The notes beneath the pieces are model-generated. The model searched no databases, was not told the origin of the DNA, and was given only the letters and a program-made list of their open reading frames with translations. Of a DNA stretch of 64,000 nt, positions 60,294 to 64,000 are shown piece by piece. Within the stretch, counting starts at the first letter, position 1, and every line of letters begins with the position of its first letter. A program made the position numbers and the translations under genes. Source of the stretch: Tepidisphaera sp. (GTDB lineage: Bacteria > Planctomycetota > Phycisphaerae > Phycisphaerales > UBA1924); assembly GCA_050916045.1 (NCBI GenBank), contig CP051526.1, forward strand, positions 3,104,001-3,168,000, given 5' to 3'.

Positions 60294-61175
60294 TCACGCC
60301 GCGATCTGCGTCGACCCACTCTGCACGCGCTCGGAGAACCGAACGATCTGCGAAGCCACAAACGCCCGATGCTCCGGCGTCGCAAACTCAAACGACGACC
60401 CGCAGTACGTGTTCTGCTCGCTGTCCAGATGCGTGTGCACCACCTTCGCCGCAAGCGAAAGCGGCACGCCCACCTCCGGCCGAAGATCAATCCGCATCCA
60501 GTACGGCCTCGACGTATCCACGCTGCCCCGTTCGGTCTTGGGCACAAGCAACCCCGCGCCGCCCCCGCCCAGATTCAGCAGCCGTGCCTTGAACATCGGA
60601 CCCACCGTCGGCAGCACCTGATCCATCGGATCAAACCGCCCCAGCTTCCCCGCACGCCGCTCATCCTCAAGCCGCGTCGCAAGTCCCCGCGCGGCAATCT
60701 CCGCCGCAAACACCGTCGACTGATCCAAAAGCGGGAAAACCTCCACCTCCGGCAGGTTCAGCGATGCCGTCGACACACGCATGAACTCGCGACGCATGCA
60801 CCGCTCCACCGCTTGCGGCATCGCGATCGTGAGCGCCGAAGCCCCCGGCCCCACCCGCGAAGGAACCCGCGCCGTCCCAAGCACCGGCGCTCGGAACATC
60901 CACCGGTTCTGCCCCACCACCAAAGCGACCGTCAGCATCGTCCCCGTCGGGATCGGCACCGACTGGTTCAGCGTCATCGGCGTCTCAAGCAGAATCTGAG
61001 CGTCCGTCAGCCCAAGAATGCGCACACGCCACACCAGGTCCACCCCGCGCGGCGAACCCGGCGGAAGGTCCACACCCTCCCCGCGACTCACCGCGATCTC
61101 AAGACCGCCGTTGCGCTCATAAATCTGGTGGAGGCATTCACGCCAGCGTTCTGTTCTGGACCGATGTGCGGGCAT
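60294..61175 (-). CDS. YcgR/flagellar brake-like PilZ domain protein
   Basis: N-terminal beta domain, RREFMR (RxxxR) and NLGGGG motifs. Confidence 0.75.
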   Translation of the reverse strand: MPAHRSRTERWRECLHQIYERNGGLEIAVSRGEGVDLPPGSPRGVDLVWRVRILGLTDAQILLETPMTLNQSVPIPTGTMLTVALVVGQNRWMFRAPVLGTARVPSRVGPGASALTIAMPQAVERCMRREFMRVSTASLNLPEVEVFPLLDQSTVFAAEIAARGLATRLEDERRAGKLGRFDPMDQVLPTVGPMFKARLLNLGGGGAGLLVPKTERGSVDTSRPYWMRIDLRPEVGVPLSLAAKVVHTHLDSEQNTYCGSSFEFATPEHRAFVASQIVRFSERVQSGSTQIAA

Positions 61176-61301
61176 CTGTGGTTTCCTTGTGGAATCGGGA
61201 CGCAGAAACATCGACGCCCCGCGCGCCCGCCTTGAACCCGTGGTTTACGCCGGGAATCCACCCTATCCCTACAGCCGCTTCAAACCCACCTCTCCTCCGC
61301 G

Positions 61302-62372
61302 TTACCGGGCCCGCGAAGGCAGCCGCTCCGCGATCTGCACCGCGTTCAGCGCCGCGCCCTTGCGAAGCTGATCGCCGCACGCAAACAAGCACCACGCGTC
61401 CGTCCGCCCCGAAGCATCCAGCTCCCGCGACGGATCCGGCCGGAACCGACCCACCAAAACATCATCGTTCCCGGCGGCTTTGAGCGGTGTCGGAAACCGA
61501 TTCGAAGCCCGATCATCCATCACGCGGACTCCGGAGAATCCCTCATACGCCGCAACCACCTCCGAATGACTCGCCGGCTTCTCCAGCCGGATCGTGATCG
61601 CTTCGCTATGGGCCCGCATCACCGGAACGCGAACACACGTCGGCGTGACCGCCAAGCCCGGCAGACCGAGAATCTTCCGCGACTCATCGATGATCTTCTG
61701 CTCTTCCCCGTTCAGCCCCGTCACCGGGTCCACCGCGGAGTTGTGCGAAAACACATTCAGGAAGCACGGCTCGGCGAACGGCGAACCCTGCGAACGGCCC
61801 GACCCGCCCGACTCCCGCGTCAAAGCGATCTCCTCCGTCAACGCATCGAGCCCCGCCTGTCCCGCGCCCGACACCGCCTGATACGTCGACACCACGATCG
61901 ACGACAACCCAAACCGCCGACGGACCGGCTCCACCGCCATAAGCAGAATGATCGCCGAACAATTCGGATTCGCGATGATCCGCGGCTTTGCTTCCCCCGC
62001 CGAGATCAAGCCGCCGTTGATCTCCGGCACGATCAGCGGGACGTCCTTCGCAAGGCGAAACGCCGACGAATTGTCCACCACCGTCGCCCCGGCTTCCAAA
62101 GCGTGCGGAGCAAGCGCCCTCGCCACCCCCGAAGACGCCGTGAAGATCGCAACATCAATCCCCGCAAAGGACCCCGCCGTCGCTTCACACACGGCAAGCG
62201 TGCTCCCCCGGTAAGGGATCCCCGTCCCCACCGACCGGGACGATGCGAGCGCGACGATGCTCGAAGCAGGCACGCCGCGATCCGCAAGCACCGCGAGCAC
62301 TTCGCGTCCGACGACGCCCGTCGCACCCACCACCGCAATGCGGCGAGACGAAAGACCGGAAGTGATGGTCAC
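61302..62372 (-). CDS. asd: Aspartate-semialdehyde dehydrogenase
   Basis: VGATG.VG, VDNSSAFR, ANPNCS, STYQAVSGAG, CVRVPV, DQLRKGAALNAVQIAE. Confidence 0.96.
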   Translation of the reverse strand: MTITSGLSSRRIAVVGATGVVGREVLAVLADRGVPASSIVALASSRSVGTGIPYRGSTLAVCEATAGSFAGIDVAIFTASSGVARALAPHALEAGATVVDNSSAFRLAKDVPLIVPEINGGLISAGEAKPRIIANPNCSAIILLMAVEPVRRRFGLSSIVVSTYQAVSGAGQAGLDALTEEIALTRESGGSGRSQGSPFAEPCFLNVFSHNSAVDPVTGLNGEEQKIIDESRKILGLPGLAVTPTCVRVPVMRAHSEAITIRLEKPASHSEVVAAYEGFSGVRVMDDRASNRFPTPLKAAGNDDVLVGRFRPDPSRELDASGRTDAWCLFACGDQLRKGAALNAVQIAERLPSRAR

Positions 62373-63637
62373 GGGATCGCTCCTTGGGGTGCGAGCGGCT
62401 TGGCCGCGGCTTTCGTCGCCGGGATGCTGACAACCGGCGTCGCGCTCTCGACCGCGCCGGCCCCGCGCCGTGCGGCGGCGATCGACTGCGCAAGATCGGC
62501 GATCAGGTCCGCCGCGTCCTCGATGCCGACGGAGAGACGAACCAGATCAGGAGGCGGCGGATTGCCGGGACGCGGAATGTTCGCGCCCGCGGCTTTCGCG
62601 ATCGGAGCATGGCTCATGTAGCACGGCACCGTCGCCGAGCTCCCGACTCCGCCAAAGCTCACCGCGATCGAGAAGATCTTCAGCCCCTCGACGATCCGCA
62701 CGGAAAGCTCAGGATCCCCCGTCTCAAAGCTCACCACCGCACCAGGCCCCAGCGCCTGCGTCAGATGCAGATCATGCCCCGGATGATTCCGAAGCCCCGG
62801 GAAATGCACCCGGAATGCCGGCGACAATCCATCCTTCGACAACGACGGAGAACAAAGCCACTCCGCGATCCGCTGCGCCGTCTGCTGCTGACGATCAAGG
62901 CGGAGCGAAAGCGTCTTGATCCCGCGCAGCAGGTAATAGCAGTCCTGCGGCCCGAGCACCGCACCCTCCCCGTTCTGGATGAAGTAGAGCTTCTCCGCGA
63001 TCGCCTGCTCCTTCGCGACGACGATCCCGGCCGTCACGTCCGCGTGCCCGCTCAGATACTTGGTCGCCGAGTGAAGCACGATGTCCGCCCCGAGTTCCAG
63101 CGGACGCTGCAGGTACGGCGTCATCGAGGTCCCGTCGACGCAGACCAGCGCCCCGGCGGCGTGCGCCTCGCGGGCGATCCGCCGGATGTCGCTGATCTTC
63201 AAAAGCGGATTGCTCGGAGACTCAAGGTACACGAGCTTCGTCTTGTCCGAAAGCGGCAGCGGCCCCTCGCCCGTGAAGTCCGCGTACCGCACGAGAATGC
63301 CCCGCTCGGTCAGAATCCGCGAGAACAAGCGGAAAGCCCCGCCATACAGATCCTCGCACGCCAGCAGTTCATCGCCGGGCTTGAGGAGCCGCGTCACCGC
63401 GGTAATCGCCGCAAGGCCCGACGCGAAAGCAAACCCGCGGACGCCCCCCTCAAGCTCCGCAAGCAGATCCTCGAGCACGCGCCGCGTGGGGTTGCCGCTT
63501 CGCGCATAGTCATACTCGCCGAACGCAAGAGCGGACTCCTGCTCAAAGGTGGCGGTCTGATAGATCGGCGTGTTGGTCGGCCGGGTCCGGTCGCCCGGAG
63601 CGGCTTCGAAGGAGACAAGTCGAGTGGTGAAATTCAT
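62369..63637 (-). CDS. Cys/Met metabolism PLP enzyme (cystathionine beta-lyase / gamma-synthase family)
   Basis: PIYQTATF, YARSGNPTR, ESPSNP, HSATKYLSGH, RLSVGIE. Confidence 0.92.
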   Translation of the reverse strand: MNFTTRLVSFEAAPGDRTRPTNTPIYQTATFEQESALAFGEYDYARSGNPTRRVLEDLLAELEGGVRGFAFASGLAAITAVTRLLKPGDELLACEDLYGGAFRLFSRILTERGILVRYADFTGEGPLPLSDKTKLVYLESPSNPLLKISDIRRIAREAHAAGALVCVDGTSMTPYLQRPLELGADIVLHSATKYLSGHADVTAGIVVAKEQAIAEKLYFIQNGEGAVLGPQDCYYLLRGIKTLSLRLDRQQQTAQRIAEWLCSPSLSKDGLSPAFRVHFPGLRNHPGHDLHLTQALGPGAVVSFETGDPELSVRIVEGLKIFSIAVSFGGVGSSATVPCYMSHAPIAKAAGANIPRPGNPPPPDLVRLSVGIEDAADLIADLAQSIAAARRGAGAVESATPVVSIPATKAAAKPLAPQGAIP

Positions 63638-63999
63638 CGGGCCTTCTCCTTGGCGGTCGTGTTGGCGTTGCTTGTGTTGGTCGCGGGCTCGGTGGGGTCC
63701 TTGTCAATCACCGTCTCGCCACCCCAGATCAGCGTGCCGTCGAATCGCCCCGGCGAAGCGACGGTGAACTGCGTCCGGCGGTCGCGCGCGTAGCGGACGG
63801 CTTTGTGCTGCACGATCCCCCCGGTGAGCTTGAGCACATCCTCGTAGTTGGCCCGGAGGTACCGACGGGCGCCCGCGGGGTCCTCCGACGGGTCACGGTC
63901 GTACAACCCGTCAACGTCCTTGAGCAGAACGCACTGATCCGCGTAAAGCTCACCCGCCAGGAACAGCGCGGTTAGGTCCGACCCGCCCCGGCCCAGAAG
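63634..63999 (-). CDS. C-terminal part of an aspartokinase-like amino acid kinase domain, 5' end outside window
   Basis: Manual translation LLGRGGSDLTALFLAGEL.A...LLKDVDGLYDRDP; ATGA overlap with the downstream gene. Confidence 0.8.
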   Translation of the reverse strand, partial: LLGRGGSDLTALFLAGELYADQCVLLKDVDGLYDRDPSEDPAGARRYLRANYEDVLKLTGGIVQHKAVRYARDRRTQFTVASPGRFDGTLIWGGETVIDKDPTEPATNTSNANTTAKEKAR

Positions 64000-64000
64000 C

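Overview
High-GC chromosomal window that looks like a Planctomycetota/Phycisphaerales genome: it has a PSD1/DUF1501 cluster, a planctomycete cytochrome c domain, a C-terminal GC-type dockerin anchor, and no rpmD. The core is a ~17 kb minus-strand S10-spc-alpha ribosomal protein superoperon (rpsJ to rplQ, with secY, infA and rpoA). Around it are housekeeping genes (ispF, murD, pheS, tRNA-Gly, ruvB, cdsA, aroK, topA, asnB, asd, a Cys/Met PLP enzyme), a lower-GC type II R-M pair, and several lineage-typical hypothetical genes. The most striking observation is that uL22 (rplV) carries an in-frame ~70 aa N-terminal Cro/XRE-like helix-turn-helix domain. The same operon also has an intrinsic-terminator-like hairpin just after rpsJ, a ~400 nt structured spacer between rplC and rplD, and a 3x14 bp direct repeat between rpsH and rplF. 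Together these could be an unusual ribosomal feedback-control system; that link is inference only. Other points: a 61 aa S14 that has lost its Zn ligands, a Cys-rich repeat lipopeptide, a POT transporter with a ~195 aa extracytoplasmic insert, heptamer-periodic DNA around an FN3-like gene, a dispersed REP-like motif, and a widespread leaderless-mRNA signature. All calls come from motif recognition by eye; no searches were run.
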